From assembly GCF_018350175.1 (NCBI RefSeq), contig NC_058384.1, forward strand, positions 66,836,001-66,900,000: a DNA stretch of 64,000 bases, given 5' to 3'. A program made the position numbers and the translations under genes. The stretch's first letter is position 1. Each line of letters opens with the position of its first letter. The notes below the pieces were generated by a model that had not been told where the DNA came from, did not search any database, and worked only from the letters and a program-made list of their open reading frames with translations. This document shows positions 62,900 through 64,000 of the stretch, one piece after another. The stretch comes from Felis catus (Eukaryota).

Positions 62900-64000
62900 T
62901 CTGCCCCTCCCACGGACACGCTGGCAGGGAGGGGCCAGCGCTGGGACCAGATGTGGGGCTTCTCCTCGCGAGGGGCCTGGAGCGGGGCCTGGGTGCGGCG
63001 CGCGGCGGGCAGCGGGGCCACGTGCGCGCTTTCGCCAAGGGAAGCGGGCCGCAGTCCTGGGCGCCCGCCGGGCCCGTCCGCCTCCGCGGCTCTACCGTTG
63101 GCGGCCACGGGGGCTCCCGGCCGGGCCTCCATTTGGGTCAGGCCCCCCCAGCCCGCCTCGCAGGGGTCTCCGCGGGTAGCCGGCCCGGCCCCTCCTTTGA
63201 TGTTCCGCTCCGAAGCTGCTGGCGGGGAGGGGAGGGGGCGCGGCCTCTCCTTCCGCCCTTTGGACTGCGCACGACGGTGACACCTGAGACCCCGCTCCAC
63301 CCCCTTCCCGGGGCACCCAGTCTCCCTCCAACCTGGGTGGCAGCGTGGCGCGCCGGGGCTCCGCGCCTCGGTCCCCGCCTCCCCTCCCCGCCGCCGGCTG
63401 CGATCCCCTGGGGGTCCGGGGAGCCGGGAGACGGAGAAACCGCCTTAATAAAGAGCTCGTGTCAAGTGATTGGCTGTGACCTCTGCCCTCCCCAGACTCG
63501 CGCCAGCGGCTCCTGCTTAACCCTTCGATGCCCGCCCAACCCCTGAAGAGGTGGGAGTCTCCCCCGCGCCAGCTTCCAGGGTCCCCAGAGGCCCCCGGCA
63601 CTGCCGCAGCCCTAAACTCTGGGGAGACCGGCCTGGGGGGTGGGGCGGGGGGCGCCCCTCCCCGCCCCCCCTGCAGCCGCTCCAGCAGGGGGCGCCGTTG
63701 CCTCATTCGGGTGTCCGGCCCCGCGGCCCCTGGCCTCCCCCGCAGGTCTCTGAGCTCGGGGCGGCCGCCCCGGACCCAATTGGGCCCCAGTGGAGCCGAG
63801 CCCCGCCGCCTCGTCTTCCGCAGCTCCGGCTCGGAGCGGGATTCGCCCGCTGGTAGTGCCGCCGGGTGCTGGGCGCCAAGGGGCCGAGCGCACCGAGTCA
63901 GGTGGGGACCGAGCGAGACGTGACCCTGGGGCTCGCGCTGCAGGACGTGAGACCTGGGTATCTGCGCCCCGGGCCTGGCGCCCCGTCCTCCCGGCTGAGA
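62900..64000 (+). promoter_or_regulatory. CpG island, probably the promoter of CRABP2 (gene beyond the window)
   Basis: CpG-dense; CTCF-like CCAGCAGGGGGCGC at 63682-63695. Gene identity inferred only from synteny and the RAREs. Confidence 0.65.
63477..63489 (-). promoter_or_regulatory. DR1 nuclear-receptor element (putative CRABP2 proximal RARE)
   Basis: TGACCT-C-TGCCCT on + = AGGGCA-g-AGGTCA on -. Inverted CCAAT (ATTGG) immediately upstream at 63469-63473. Confidence 0.75.

Noticed and set aside
62233-63923. 437-aa ORF and overlapping ORFs
   Set aside because: GTG start, low-complexity GC-driven composition, no recognisable domain. The region looks like a promoter CpG island.

Overview
Mammalian genomic DNA from a feliform carnivore (cat-like), judged from about 25 tRNA-derived Can-SINE/SINEC_Fc-type elements. 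The gene order matches human 1q23.1. Reading left to right: PRCC (- strand, coding exons 1-2 only; the gene continues off the left edge), HDGF (+, 6 coding exons, 239 aa), MRPL24 (+, 5 coding exons, 216 aa, one GC-AG intron), METTL25B/RRNAD1 (-, 8 coding exons, 474 aa) and ISG20L2 (+, 3 coding exons, 348 aa). METTL25B is tail-to-tail with MRPL24 and head-to-head with ISG20L2. The last ~13 kb contain two retinoic-acid response elements and a CpG island, most likely the upstream region of CRABP2, which would start just beyond the right edge. I assembled all exons by hand from splice sites and reading phase; nearly all long ORFs in the supplied track are repeat or GC artefacts. I see no wholly new gene system. 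The most interesting non-obvious signals are: a ~3 kb 30-bp minisatellite in PRCC intron 1; a pentamer-grammar VNTR; an in-frame GUG extension of HDGF; a disabled relic of a human HDGF alternative coding exon; a small polyadenylated, TSD-flanked retro-insert of unknown source; overlapping MRPL24/METTL25B poly(A) signals; and AT-to-GC-biased decay of ancient repeats. Comparisons to human or mouse sequence are from memory and need checking.
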